From Raillietiella orientalis (taxonomy: Eukaryota): DNA of 64,000 bases. The stretch spans positions 5,270,001 through 5,334,000 of the forward strand of contig JAYWIR010000005.1 of assembly GCA_036172245.1 (NCBI GenBank). The letters are read 5' to 3'. The notes beneath the pieces were generated by a model that was given only the letters and a program-made list of their open reading frames with translations, had not been told where the DNA came from and made no database searches. The translations under genes and the position numbers were made by a program. Each line of letters begins with the position of its first letter. The stretch's first letter is position 1. Of the stretch, positions 13,501 through 25,885 are shown in pieces.

Positions 13501-15260
13501 CAATTTTTGAAGTAAGTCAAGTAAATTTTTGAAGTAAACATCAAGAGTTTGGGCTTTAAGGTACTTTGTATAATTGGAATGCCATATTAATGGACTATAT
13601 GCTGTATTTATTAAGTATCTGAGTATAGCTATTGTTTTATGGAAAATTATACCCAAGATCATATCAGCATTTTCCACATGAGAATTTAATCACATTTTGT
13701 TTCAAGTGAAATTTGTCTTCATGTTGATGTACAATCTACCAAAAGTACTGTTTTGTTTTCTATTTCACTATGATCTATTTCAGGTGCTACATTGCCTACT
13801 GGTAGTGAAGTGACTGAGGATGAAAATGATTTATCCTTCAATGAGACTGGTCATCAGTCTAAAGAAGTTATGCAGTCCGGACACATCGAATGTTCTCCTA
13901 CTATCCTAGTGGTATAGAAGTGAATTGTACAGGAATTGCTGATAGTGTGATGTCTTTAGAGCGATGCCAGTGAAGTCACTCAATTAATTAAGCAAAATCA
14001 GATTTTGCAAGATCATGTAAACATGCTAGAAGAGGAACTTTTTGTACTTAGGGAGAAAGTTTCTGAAAAGTTTGCGGAAAGGAGAGCTCAGAAGCCACCC
14101 AGAAGAAATGCGGCTATACCAGAGCAACACTCAAACGAACAAGAATATAACATGTCGAGCGCTTTTTCTGATTTACAGAAAAGGGTTTCTCCATCGCAGT
14201 CCGAAGAATCATTGATTCCGTTGTTACATTCTGATCAGCAATGTCAATTGCGGATTCTTTCTCATTGGGTTGAAGAATGTCGAGAACAGAACGAGCATCT
14301 TGTCGGTTTAATAGATACATATGAGTCCCGAGTTACTTTGCAAGGATTGAGCTTAAATATGTACTCGGAACTAGTGAAGACGTTTCATCTCCTTGGGGAT
14401 GAACAGCTTTCTATTGAAGAAAAACATAAATTAGTCCTTCATGCCAGATACTTGGAAAAGGAAATTGAAGCTCTCATATCGGATATCCCTAGCAATTTGG
14501 AGAGTTTGGTTCCAACAGGCAAAGTTCCTCCTCAAGTTCCAAACGAGATAAATCAAATAGACTTGGAATTGGCGTTTCTATTACAGGTATAGGATTTAAA
14601 CATCGGTTACTTGCAACAGGCACGAATTACTTTTGCCTTAGGAGCTTTTATTACTAAAGGAAGATCGCAATTCTTTAAAAGCCGAAATGAAATTAACTGA
14701 AAGTGAGAAAGCAGTGCTCGAATTGCAGTTAAAATACTTGAAAAATGCGCTAAAAACCTCCCGCCTTCATCCTTCTGATGTTCCTGATTCCAGGGCACAG
14801 GTAGCTACAGTGTGCTCATTGAATCATTCTGATGTTGAAACGTTGTAGAACAGCAACAGGGACACTGAAAAGCACCAAGAAGTTTTGAACGCTTTGGTGA
14901 AGATTCATGAAGAGCAGCAACAAAGATCGCAGGATCTGATATTGGATTTCCGAAGAGTTAATTTGTGAGTTGCATCCTATGGCATGACGTGCTGACTTTT
15001 TTTTTTTTTTTTGCTGCAGAGCCCTTCTCCATGCATTGGGGAAGATGCGTAAAAAGACAAAGGGGAGATTAAAGTCTATGAGGGATAAATTCAAAGAGTG
15101 TCTTTTCAGTTACAGCTGTCAGGTGATTCCTATTGTTTCCCATGTCCTCTGTATTCATCATTTGGTGTTCCAGATTCAGGAAATGGCAAGGAGGATCACT
15201 GATCTGGAGAAGAAATTTAACGCAAGTCCCAATTCTGGGACTGCAGAATCTTCTGTATGA
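7579..15260 (+). CDS. MCC: MCC (colorectal mutant cancer protein) homologue: N-terminal EF-hands, coiled coils, C-terminal PDZ-binding motif
   Basis: Exons 7579-7700, 7908-7992, 8080-8236, 8284-8411, 8471-8584, 9667-9859, 13784-13911, 13960-14586, 14642-14800, 14849-14964, 15020-15122, 15174-15260 sum to 2019 nt in one frame. MCC-like motifs: EEDKLRYLFNLCDANGDGYL, SSENSLG, WEFDSGARDLSP, HYEECLTELHCVVAEL, DLELAFLLQELLLLKED, C-terminal ESSV. Confidence 0.92.
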
Positions 15261-15499
15261 GTTCAGTTAAACACATATGATGTGATAAGGGCTGTGTAGT
15301 GTTTCAGTCAATTATAAAGTCAATTATTTTTTATTAAAATGATACTTATTTACGATAGTAAATAGTTAATATACTGTTTTTGAAATAGGTTTGCGTCATT
15401 CTTTTCCACGAGCGTAGGTTTCCGATGTATTGCCTGTTGATTTGCAAGAAATACTTCAACGTCCCTCAACGGCTTTAACTGGAGTGTGGGTGTTTCGTA

Positions 15500-18400
15500 A
15501 TTTTTCTTTAAATTGTAAATTTGATGTTACGGTATGCAGAAATGAGTTTACAATGTCACAACGTGGCTGGCACATCATTTGATTGTAAACGGCCCCTGTT
15601 TTTAAAAATGCCTGTTGCCTGTGGGATGTCGTTACAAGTGTTGAGAAATAAAGATTGCTGTAGTGACCTCTTAAGTTTCGGCGTAGGTGCACACTCGTTC
15701 AGAACCGTCTTTGGCCCTGAATAATTGATTGGTTGGAATTCTTGGAGTGCAGCCGTGGAAGACCTCATTTGCCACAAAATACTCACACCGAAAGCACTTT
15801 TGCCAGAAAGAATCTCTTGAATCTGATTCCTAGACTGAGTACATGTTCCAGCATGTGTGCTGTGTGTTTTTCTAAGCGAGAGCCGTGTTTCGGAAACGTG
15901 CGCGGTCAATCATTTACTGCACGGTAAATAGTTGATTATCAAAATCATTATATATATAAAACGGAATAACCATTTTCCCAATGCGGGAAGATCACATGCC
16001 TTTCGATTTTCTTGCCCCCCAAAGTTGTCTGTCTGCCTCGGCTTTGAATGTTTACCAGAAACACAACAGCCATACACTAAAGTACCATTGTATGCGTAAA
16101 TGTTTGCATAAGTATCGATTTTGATTGCCGAGCTTTGGAGTATATGATTTACGACCGAGGGGACTAAATTAGTAACTCTGGAGTATTTCTCCGAGAGGTC
16201 TACTCCGGTACCCAATCAGGAATAGTAGGAACTTAGACACCAATCTACTTTTCCCAATGTTTGCATCGGTTTTCTGGAAACTGCCCTTTGACAAGCCTTC
16301 ACACCAATTCCGAATGGTAACACATGGTGCTTTCACAGCATGTTTCAAAAACTTGCATGTTGTCTTAGAAACACGTCTTATACTTAGTGTCCGTGCAAAT
16401 CCTTCGAAATCGAATCGAATGCACTCTTCCGTTTCCGTAGTTTCCTCATCGGAAGCTGCGTATTCTCTCATGCCAACATTCTCTCATTTCTCTGTTGCAA
16501 AGCACAGAATGATTCGTTATCTTCTCTGCTAGTTTGCATGTCTTCCTATGGGTTGCTCTTGTAGGGTTCCATTGACTTTCGTCACTCTTCGGCTGATATT
16601 TGCCCAGGAAGCACATGGCGGATGCAGGCTGCAATTGCGACAGGTTCCGCTTGATCCTCTCAGCTGAAAGATTGGTGCCTAGAGATAATGTGTCGGACAA
16701 CATTCAGTTTGGATTAGAAAGGTCAAGTTTTTCCAGAAATGTAATCAAGTGAGAAAGGTTATCAGACTTTCGCTAGATGATTGCAAGAGAACCGAGCAGG
16801 GATGTTGCAAATCGAAAGCATCCTCATGGCAGGAAAGAAAGATAGCCACGTTTTGCTGATGAGGGTGTTCCTAGCGTAACGGCAGTGGCGAGATAAAAGA
16901 CACGAAGAGGAACTCTTTTTCTTAAAGGGAAGAGATGTTTGGAACTTGCTTTTTTTTTTCCTTTTTTTTTTTCGATTCCAGCCCTCGACAATTGGCTTTA
17001 ATCATGTGATCCCTGTTTTTCACTCCGGGAACTTTGATTAGATGATGCTGTATTTGGAAGCTGCTCCGAAGGAAGTCGCAAGGGTTCCTTCGTTAGGAAT
17101 GTCGTTCGGAGGGTGCGACAAAGATTTACAGCTCGCATACTAGATGTGATTGTCACTCGACAGCTTAAGATTGAAAATATACATTTTCTATATTGCCTTG
17201 CCAACGTTCTGCAGTCATCCGTGTAGCTCCGTTTGGGTTTTTCGATCCCCGCAACTTTTAACACTTTTCTGGATAGTATTGCTCATTTTAAGATAAAAAT
17301 GCAGTTTTCTATGCATGGAACTGTTTCTCGAAGATTCTAATCATCTTTCGGAAGTCTGGACTGCTTCGCTGAATGCTATCTTCCCACCGGGATATCAAAC
17401 CAAAAGATCTAGGACAGAGATAGAGGACATCCAGTGAATGCTCATCGCTCTCATGAGCAGGTGCCGATGCTTTTGGATGAATGCAGTTAAGGAACCCATT
17501 ACAGTCATTCAGGGCACACTTTCCAATTTGTCTTCCAACAGAATCAGAGATCTCTAGCTTGCCATCCCCATCAGATGCGTGCACCTAGTTCGGTGTAACT
17601 CGCGCGACCAATGCTGCAGAACTTTTCAATAAAAGAGGATAGCACATCCCTTCTCATTCTGCTTGCTGAAAGAAGTGACAGTAAAACACCTCTTGAGTAG
17701 CAGTGGCAGGAAACTGGTGATGACAACGATCAATTAAATCAATCTGGAATTCAGCCTAGAAAGATCCATCTTTTCGTGGTGGGTGGCAATCATGTATAGG
17801 TGCAAGCATCTGGGAGTTCAGAGCAATCGATTTTTAAATGAAACGCATTAGCTTGTCTGGTGATTGCTGATGATGGATGGCGAGCCGGGACTTTGAAATG
17901 CACTCGCCAAACTAGCAGACCGGTTTTTCCGGTTTTTTTTCTTCTTCCCTTGTCGGTTTCCAGGACGCGACATTTACGTTTGAACTCATGCATGAAAATA
18001 TAAGTTTATACGCAAAACTTCTGAGAAGTGTCTTGATTAGTGGCACCGGATTTTGGAGATGATGCTGATCTGACCGTTGAAAAATTTCTTTATCGGTGTG
18101 CACTAGTTGTTGCGGTCAAACATGGAGACTGACTCTGAACAGGCATTTCCTGTTCACGGGAAAGCAAACCTCGGGTTCTCTGGGTGTTCCTTTCAACGCC
18201 TTGCTGGCATGCATCGAAGTGATGTAGAGGTGGATTGATATTACGGTTCGAGATGCTTTTCGTGAGGAGTTTATTCTCTATAGATGGGAAATCAAAGAAT
18301 AGGTTATTAGTTGTTGGCTGGAAGAGGTCCAGGAGTCTGCTGCAGTTGAGATCGAAGCTTCCGAGTTTCCTCCATTTCTTCCTCCGTTCCCAGAGGCATC

Positions 18401-21400
18401 GGGCATGCGGCTGAGTAAAGTACACGAAATAAACGAGAGTTGCTTCTCACCTAGGACAGAGAGTGCTGAGGTCGGCAAGTAATTCTCTCTACCCTAGAGT
18501 GCTGGTGTTCGTGTCGATCTCTCAAGACGAGATGTCATCTCATTACGAAAAGATCAATTCTGAAGAACCATCTTGAGAATGAATGCTTTCTTCTGAATGC
18601 TCTTTAGGCCTTCGATGATTAGCAAGCACGAGGGTTCGAAGTGCTAAACGTAAGAAGCTGGAGAAATCTGCTGCGTTTTTCTCCTCTCATGAAGATGCAC
18701 TCAGTTCAATCATGTGTTCCGCAATGCTCTGGATGGGATTGTTCGGATCCATGATACCTCAGCTGTTGGGTTTGCAGAGATTCATGTGCGGAAGGCTGAT
18801 TCTTGGGGCTGTCCTGCCCATTATCTTCCTAATCTAGTGATTCTGGGTGATTTTTTTTCCTTTTCAAACCTTCAGATGATGACATCGACAGATTGCACCA
18901 GAGTATCCCATAGGTCCGGTCCCATAAGGGGAATTCATTTCCATTCCGAGTATTCCATTTTAAACGTCAAGTACCTCGTAGGGAGCTGAGATATTCGAAA
19001 GTTGGCTGCCTTTAGATCCCCATTCTCGGATGGATGCGGTAGCTTCCATGATTTTCTGACATCACATGCAGAGCATTCCACCACTTTTACGTGATACGCA
19101 TTCTCTAGGAAAGCTAATCCTTTGACGTCTCAAATGAAAAGAGTGCCCCCGGCCTTTCATTTACACTCTTTCGTGCTCATCCAAACATCACCTACGTCTA
19201 TTCTTCGTTTTGCTTCCGATAGGGGTGTGTGAATCACTTTCCTCTTTCATTACATCACAAGTGTTGAACCTTGTCGGAAAGTGCTGCTTCTCTCAAACGA
19301 CAAAGAGATTATCGGATGGATTCCACGACTTCTGACATCTCAAATCATGTGATTCTCTGAGCTCCTGACTTTCTCCAGCCTTCCTCAGCAAGACGGCTCT
19401 CACAGCAAGGGACTTTTTCCAAACCCTTTTTTGGCCTCTATCATTTCCCATTGTGGAAGATGAGGCTACTGATCCTTTCTCACTGGCCAGTTCTCTTTCG
19501 CTACTCCATACGTCCTTCACGAGATGCTCGGCATTTCTCTTGCGGTTTCATTCGCACCTCTTTGGTTAGCATGAGCTATTTTCTGGGAAGGGACTGTGTG
19601 AGCAGAGCTTTAGGACCGGAGGACACGCATGACCTCGATCCACAGAGAGAAAATCTAAGAAAAGAGACCTGCCGAATGATGGTCTCAACATCTTGCACGG
19701 TGGCGGGATCTTTCACCCGCGCTTCACTTCTCCCATCTCTGGAGATGGTGGTTTTCGCAAACTTTCCGCCTAACGAACTCAGACATTGCTCTCAACCCTT
19801 TCAATCGCTCCGGATTAAAAAGAACTTGGATCTTTACTTAAAAACGACTACTTGCATCACGTGAGGATGCTTCTTCGAGCTTTCCAGCAACTCGCATGCC
19901 TTTCTATGGTGCCGATTTCCCAGATGGAACACTCCAATGCAGAAGCTAAAAGATCATTAGATCATGACCTCGAATGATTCATGTAATGGTGACACCGACA
20001 TTCTCTTCGCAATGATCCTCCGATCAAGAAATAGGGAGGATACCGAAGCCTGTCTTTTTTGTCCTTCCAGCGTGCCTTTTGATCCATTTTCCTGCTTCCG
20101 GACTCTTCCAGCGTATGAGCTCTCCTGTATTATCGCAGACACCATGAGACTCCTCTGCGGATGGACTGCAGCCGCTCAGCTACTGCATTGCTGACAAGAC
20201 AGATTCCGAGGCCCGGGAAACAAGGAGGTTGCTCTATTGGGCAGACCTCTATCGAGTTCCCACTTAGAACACGCCATCGCCGCTACCCCTTGTGTTGGGA
20301 CAGCTCTGTGCTGCGTCTCCACACCCAACACACAAAGGTGCCCTTCCTGCACCAGCTCCTTCTTGCTACAGATGCCGTCACCACACAGTGGAATCTGCCG
20401 GGAGGAGGGTGGTCCAACCCACCTTGCGTCTGTTGCTGCGTTGCATGGAGAGGGGCTCGCAAAGGGGGCCCTTTCGCATCTGGACGACCCCATAAGGACT
20501 TCGTGCAGAGTCTCTCCGTCCCGTATGTACTCCTGTCGGGCTGTAGGAGCGTTTCGTCACCGTCTTGCGCTGCATTCGCATCATCGAGGCAGCTCTTCCC
20601 TATGGAGGACTCTTGGCCATTTCCATGCTACGCAAAGAGGAAAGAATGCCTCATCTGACTTCAGCAGAGACGGAGGACGTTGTCCGCATCGTCCAAGACC
20701 CGGAGTTCAGTGCTCTTTTTCCCTTTCTATTGCTGATTCAATTTTGCTCCTTTACTGTCCCCTCCTATGGACCTCTCCTCCCAGTCTAATTGCTCTCTAG
20801 GACGCTTCCACTCTGTGAGATTCCTTCACGAACTTGGTCTCTTGGATTGTTCATGTGAGGCAAAGAAATGCTCCGAGAGCACCGGGTAGAAAAAAAAAAA
20901 TTTGCAGATCCAGGGATTCAATGACACCAGAGTACAGGTGTCCTGTTCCCATTCCTGTTTATTTGTCTTCTTAATTATTTGCTCCTTCTTCCCCTCTCCA
21001 AGTAGCTCAGCTCCTTGGGGTTCTTTGGATGTCCATGGATTCACATCAGATGGAGAATGGCCCTTGTAGGTGACCCAGACAATTTCCTCAGCGTGAGCAG
21101 ATGAACCGGGGCTAATTTTATGGATAGAAAAACAGTTTCAGATCCTGAGAGCGTTCTTGGCGGTCGCAAATAGGAGGCCCTCCACTGCTGGGTCTCCATT
21201 TGGTTTGCCAGGAGAGTGGTAGACCTCCCCTCTCGCAGGGAGAGGCAAGTGAACGAAGCGAAGGGAATCGGTCATCCCTGACAAACAAAAGAAAAGGACA
21301 GGGAGGAGAGGTCGAGTAGCTTTCCTCAGATGCAGGTACCTGCTGGCAATTTGGAATAAAAGACGCAATCTTTAGCTGAAGCAAGGAGGAAGGATCAAGG

Positions 21401-22950
21401 AGAAGGGGAAAAGGAAGGGGAGTGCGGACAGACCATCTTGCTCCTTTTCCGGCTTTCTCAAAGACGTCCAGCACTGCCTTCCCCGAGATTCCCGGAGCGT
21501 GAGAAGAAGCAGACTACCTCCATGTGACCCATTTGAACCCAGGATCTCGCAGGCCGAGACACAGTGGGACCTCAGTTTGGAGAAGGGGGCCTCCGAGGAA
21601 AATAGCGGAAATGCTCCATCCTCTTCCAAATGAGACTTTCCATGTCGCAAAGAAACTCAAATCCATAGAGGGAGACAGCCGTGCACATGCGGCAGCTGTC
21701 GCTGTTGGGAGGAGAGAGGATCATGACTGGCTCAAGAGCGCTTCCCGAGATGCAGCATCGCCGCTCACAGATGCTCACTGCCGCTTCACTATGTCCTGAA
21801 TCCCTGCAGGGCAAATGGAGGAAGAGGATGAGACGCATTTTCTCACAGATTCAGCATCACCTGATGCTCCGGATGCTTGCATCGTTATGTCCTTTTTCTC
21901 AATCTCTCGAACTCCGAATCTACCTGTCGCTCCAGCACGTGTGATGGTCGCTCCATCAAGCATCTTTCATCCTGGAGTCACCATTGAGTTCAGAGCACGC
22001 ATCCTGGTGAGTTCAGAATTTCAGGTCGGCTCTTCCACAAGCTGTGGAAGAGCTGTAGAATGGGAGCGCAGAAGCCACTTCTGGTAGTTTCCCTGAGTTT
22101 TGAAGCTCTTTCAGACCCGCTGCAGGGAGCCTGTCGATGGCAACCGACCACATCCCATCCAAGAAACGCGTTCGCGGCTGTGTGGCTGCGGTCACCGCGT
22201 GTGGTGCCAAGCGTTGAGGGTTCGGATCCCCACGTGGAGGATCCATGCTTGAGAGTTGTCCTGATGCGGGTACCAACTCCGGCAAGTGGTCGCCTGGTCC
22301 AGGAAAACAAATGAATTTCCTGCCGCCCCGTCAACTGTAATGCTTGGAAACAGTTCTGGCGCGGATGAAAAGAAACAGCACGAGCCCGGAGCCATCGCAA
22401 CGCCTGCGATTCTCGAACTACACTTTCTGCTCGCTTCAGGAAATCGTGGACTACCCAAGGAAGACAACCTGCACGTTGTAAACCCCAGTTGCAGTCACGC
22501 TCAACAAAATCCAACAAAATGGACATAGCAATGGCCTTGAGAGATGGGAAGTATCCTGAGAGATGGCGGGGACAAAGGAGCAGTTGGGATGCTGGACGGT
22601 GCGTCAGCTGGCTGACTCATGAATCCCTGTCACTTTCCCCAGAGGAATTCTTCGCTGGGCGGAGCTTCTGGACATTCCCTTAGAAGTAGTAGAGACTTTC
22701 CCTGTGTTTGTGGATAGCGTCCTCTTGAGTGTTCGGGAACGCATCGCTGCGGCCTCCCATTCCCTATGGACAACGGCAGAGAGGTTTTGTGGTGCCCCAT
22801 CGCGCGCGACTCGATACCGCCTGCAGCTCCGTGCCTTCGTGGGATTGAGGAGGTAAGAAGCCGCGTCGAAGAGGCCATCCGAATGATGAGGTCATTGCAG
22901 TTGTCTTTTCCTTCATGAGAAAGGCGACAAGATGGCCACATCTCTGCCAC
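15500..22950 (-). pseudogene. sacsin-like (SACS family) pseudogene, heavily frameshifted, no introns evident
   Basis: Colinear minus-strand remnants: WGLQ..LPW...FLKRAESV (~22410-22490), GHLQGP (~21060), LGEGKKE..KT/GMG (~20945-21005), FFPL/LRSMEMAKS (~20610-20650), FGILPIS (~20030), LKVAGIEK (~17250), FLEKLDLSNPN*MLSDTL (~16690-16740), LFRF (~15960) and a possible degenerate J domain (~15690-15830). The order matches the last sacsin repeat through the C-terminal region. Confidence 0.8.
22165..22300 (+). mobile_element. tRNA-like head of the SINE-like family (copy F, 3'-truncated) inserted in the sacsin relic
   Basis: gtgtggctgcggtcaccgcgtgtggtgccaagcgttgagggttcggatcc aligns with 22983-23031 and 40671-40720. 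Confidence 0.65.
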
Positions 22951-22959
22951 CAAAAGAAG

Positions 22960-24075
22960 GCACGCGCCCTCGTCGGAGGCCTTGTGGTTTAGGCTTCCGC
23001 GTGTGGTACCACGCGTCGCGGGTTCGAATACTTGGGCGGAGAACTTGATGCCATTGCGTCGTTTGGGTTCCGAGTTTCTCCTGCAACGGCGCTGGTTGGC
23101 CGAGACATTCGGGCGTGGCCCCGGCGGTGGATAAAGCCGGAGCCCCCCGGTGAAGGCCGGAACAATGGGAGTCGACCTTCGGGTCCTCCCAGGAATCAAG
23201 GAGTGGGGAGTTCCCCCTCCTGTCGTGCAACGGAGAGCGGACCCCCGTCACCGGGGGACAGCCTCCGGTTTCAAGATGGAGCAGGAGCCCTCAGGGGCAC
23301 CTCTCCAGTTGTTCAAAGGAGCAGACCCCTCCCTGTTGGGGGGGTCCCTCCGAGTCGTCGCCTCTTTACGGAGTGCAAGGAAGCAAGCGAGAGCGATTCC
23401 CCTGCGGGGAGCTGCAGCGCCCCTTCTGAGTTCCGGAAGCGTCCCTTCGGGTTCTCTTCAGAGGAGTGAATAAAGGAGCGGTTCCCTTGCGGGTTCCCTC
23501 CGGAGAAGAAATTCCTAGAAGCGGATCCTTTCCGGGTTCCCTTCGGAGAAGCTGAAATGGAGAATACCACCTTCCATCCAGGGGGTGTCCCTCCGGAGAG
23601 AATGAGGAAGGAGAGATTCCCTTCGGGGTTCCCCTTCGGAGACAACCAGGGTGGGAGGTGCGATCCCCCCGTCCGGGGGGATCCCTCCCCAAGCGTGAGA
23701 GGAATGCCTTCCTGGATTCATAGGGCGGACCCCCATCCCGGGGTGCCCCCTATCCTGAAGAATTACACTGAAGAATTACACTCCCCCCTGAGGGTTGCCG
23801 CGGGCGGAGAGGCGTGGAAACAAAACAGTGTGTTAATGTTTAAAAAGAGCCACGTGCGCCGCGAGGCACGCGACCGGCTCTGAGGTACTTAGCGAACCAA
23901 AAAAAAGAAAACTCTTAAAAAAAAAAAGCTGAAAGAAAAACAGCGAAGACAGAAGAAAACGAAGAACCCAAGGATTTCCATTGTTCTAGGCCAATAGTAA
24001 CGATCTCCTCGTGGGGGTCGCTACTGGCTTTTTTGAAAAAAAATAAATAAATAAAGGAGGAAGTTGTCAACATCC
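22960..24075 (+). mobile_element. longest copy (A) of a tRNA-derived SINE-like element with internal GGTTCCC repeats
   Basis: A-box-like ggccttgtggtttagg and B-box gggttcgaatac at ~22978-23031. Repeated ggttcccttgcgggttccctccggagaagaa-type units at 23440-23650, an A-rich tract at ~23898-23940, and homology to five other copies in the window. Confidence 0.75.
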
Positions 24076-24319
24076 TCCAGAGAATGCTGAGAACGCCAGG
24101 AAGAAATCTTCAATCCTCTACCTTCTTCCCAAACATTTTTAAACCGAACTTTTGTGCTTTTTGTTTTTGTTCACTCCTTCCCCCACTCTTGTGCGGATCT
24201 CATCGGGGAGCTGCTCACGAGAAGCAGCGCCTCATAGACATCTCCCTTCGTGGTGGTGATGTGAAAAGCTACTACCAAGAAAGACACTTATATTCTATGT
24301 GACAGTTTTTTTTGTAAAT

Positions 24320-24502
24320 ATTTTTTTTTTGACAATAAATGTCCCGGCATGACCGGGTGAAAATGAAGGATCGGCTCCAGAGAAATGAGTGCGTCGTGGT
24401 TTCGAGTCACCAGCAGGATGGCACTGGTTGGCCTTATAGGCTTCGGGTGCGGCAGTTGTTGACATCCGGTCACGCCGGGGCATTTATTTATAAAAAAATA
24501 AA
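24320..24502. mobile_element. ~180-bp MITE-like element with ~35-bp imperfect terminal inverted repeats
   Basis: tttttttgacaataaatgtcccggcatgaccgg pairs with ccggtcacgccggggcatttatttataaaaaaa. A similar left end recurs at ~28070-28115. Confidence 0.6.
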
Positions 24503-24504
24503 CA

Positions 24505-25235
24505 TCTGTGGCAGGACGTTTGATCCTACCACGTTACTTATGGATACGAGAAGGAACCTGCCGGGAACCGGCACTCAGGTCAGCGGGTTCGCCTCGGCAG
24601 CACAAGGGAAGGAGAGACAAACAAAAAGAAAAAATGAAACAAAGATGCAAAAAATTGGGAGGGTTCGGGAAGGGATCACCGGGTGCTGGAGGGAGTACTC
24701 TCCATCCTTGTAAAGATGCCGGCAATTTCCCGTTTTACGATCCTAAGATGGGGACATCTTGACGCTATCATCATGAAGAAGACGGCTAAATAGATGGCCT
24801 CTCTATCGTTGTGGCCTCCTCTGGCGTTGCTCCATTCAACCACGATCCCGTGTGGTCAGCGAAGTGCTGCTAGGAATGCGGCCGGCGTGAGGGTGTCGTA
24901 CAGGAAGAGGAGCTTTACAACGTCTCTGGAGTTGCCCCCGGGGTTCCAAGGGTTACGACAAAGCGCCTCCAAAGGCGCCGGAGAGCAACAGAATCCACTA
25001 GGAGATGAGGAAGGATTCCTGCTCCCCACATCTTGCGCAGTTCGGGTCCACCCCCTTCCCCCGTGTTCAATGATGCCGGTGGGCGTTGCATGGGAGGCCT
25101 AGTGCAGCAGCATCAATGCCGACTCCTCCCACTTTAAAGGGAGGGTGCGGTGTTCATGAGCACCAGGGACCATTGCGGTCTTCCTCTGGAATACCCAGTA
25201 GCACGCCCCAGTTCAAAACTCCATCAGGCGCGATA
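24505..25235 (-). mobile_element. 5'-truncated L1/Tx1-like LINE 3' fragment (copy 1)
   Basis: Minus translation with frameshifts: KWEESALMLLH, LPCNAHRHH, PNCARCGEQES, LPHLLVDSVALRRLW (CCHC-type knuckle). Its 3' UTR aligns with 29990-30200. Confidence 0.75.
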
Positions 25236-25885
25236 CTAGTGGAAGCCGGAAACCGGATGTCCCCGTTGACTGACCGGGATTGGAAGTCGACCCTCCGGGG
25301 TTTTTCCAGAAATCAAGGAGCGCGGTTCCCTTCAGGGTTCCCCTCCGGTTTTGAAAATAGAGTCGTATCCCCCACTTCCCCGCCTTCCCTCGGAGGGCTC
25401 TTCATCGCGTACCATGGAGCTGGTTGATACTCCCCTTGGAGGATTGTCTCTCCAGGGTGCGCTGCTCCCTTAGGGGAGAGTCCTTCAGAGAAATTTGGAA
25501 GCGTTCCTTCGGGATTCTCTTCAGAAGAGGAACGAAGGAGTTGTTCTCTTGCGGGTTCCCTACGGAGGAGAAATTCCGGGAGTAGATCCTTTCCTGGTTC
25601 TCTTCGGAGAAGAAATCAGGAGCGGCCCCCTTAGGGAGGTCCTTCCAAAGAGAATAAAAAAGAGGTTCCCTTGGGGGTTCCCTACCAAGCGTAAGAGAAA
25701 CGGACTCTTTCCTCCGGAGCCTTCCTAGATTCATAGGATGGTCTCTCCGGGGTTACCCTCTAACTTGAAGAGTTAACACGCGCCCTCAGGTGAGTGGCAC
25801 GGACCGTGTTTGATGATCTTTTTTAGTCCCTCCCTCCAGGCTAAGGAGGCAAACGGTTCTTCAGCACTTTGCGAACCAAAAAAAA
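25235..25885 (+). mobile_element. SINE-like family copy B (5'-truncated)
   Basis: aaaccggatgtcccc, gaaatcaaggag, GGTTCCC units, ccttcctagattcatagg and aacggttc...gcgaaccaaaaaaa are colinear with copies A, C and D. Confidence 0.8.

Noticed and set aside
15400..15700. HEPN domain at the end of the sacsin relic
   Set aside because: No convincing HEPN motif is visible in any minus-strand frame.
21900..22700. Plus-strand R2-like retrotransposon (LRFSNYTF and similar)
   Set aside because: The resemblance is weak; the minus strand gives better, colinear sacsin motifs.
22965..23045. Functional tRNA-His gene
   Set aside because: A- and B-box-like motifs are present, but I cannot form an acceptor stem, and the sequence continues into a dispersed repeat body in three copies.
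23440..23650. CRISPR-like array from the GGTTCCC units
   Set aside because: The units are degenerate and irregularly spaced, with no unique spacers and no cas genes, in a eukaryotic context.
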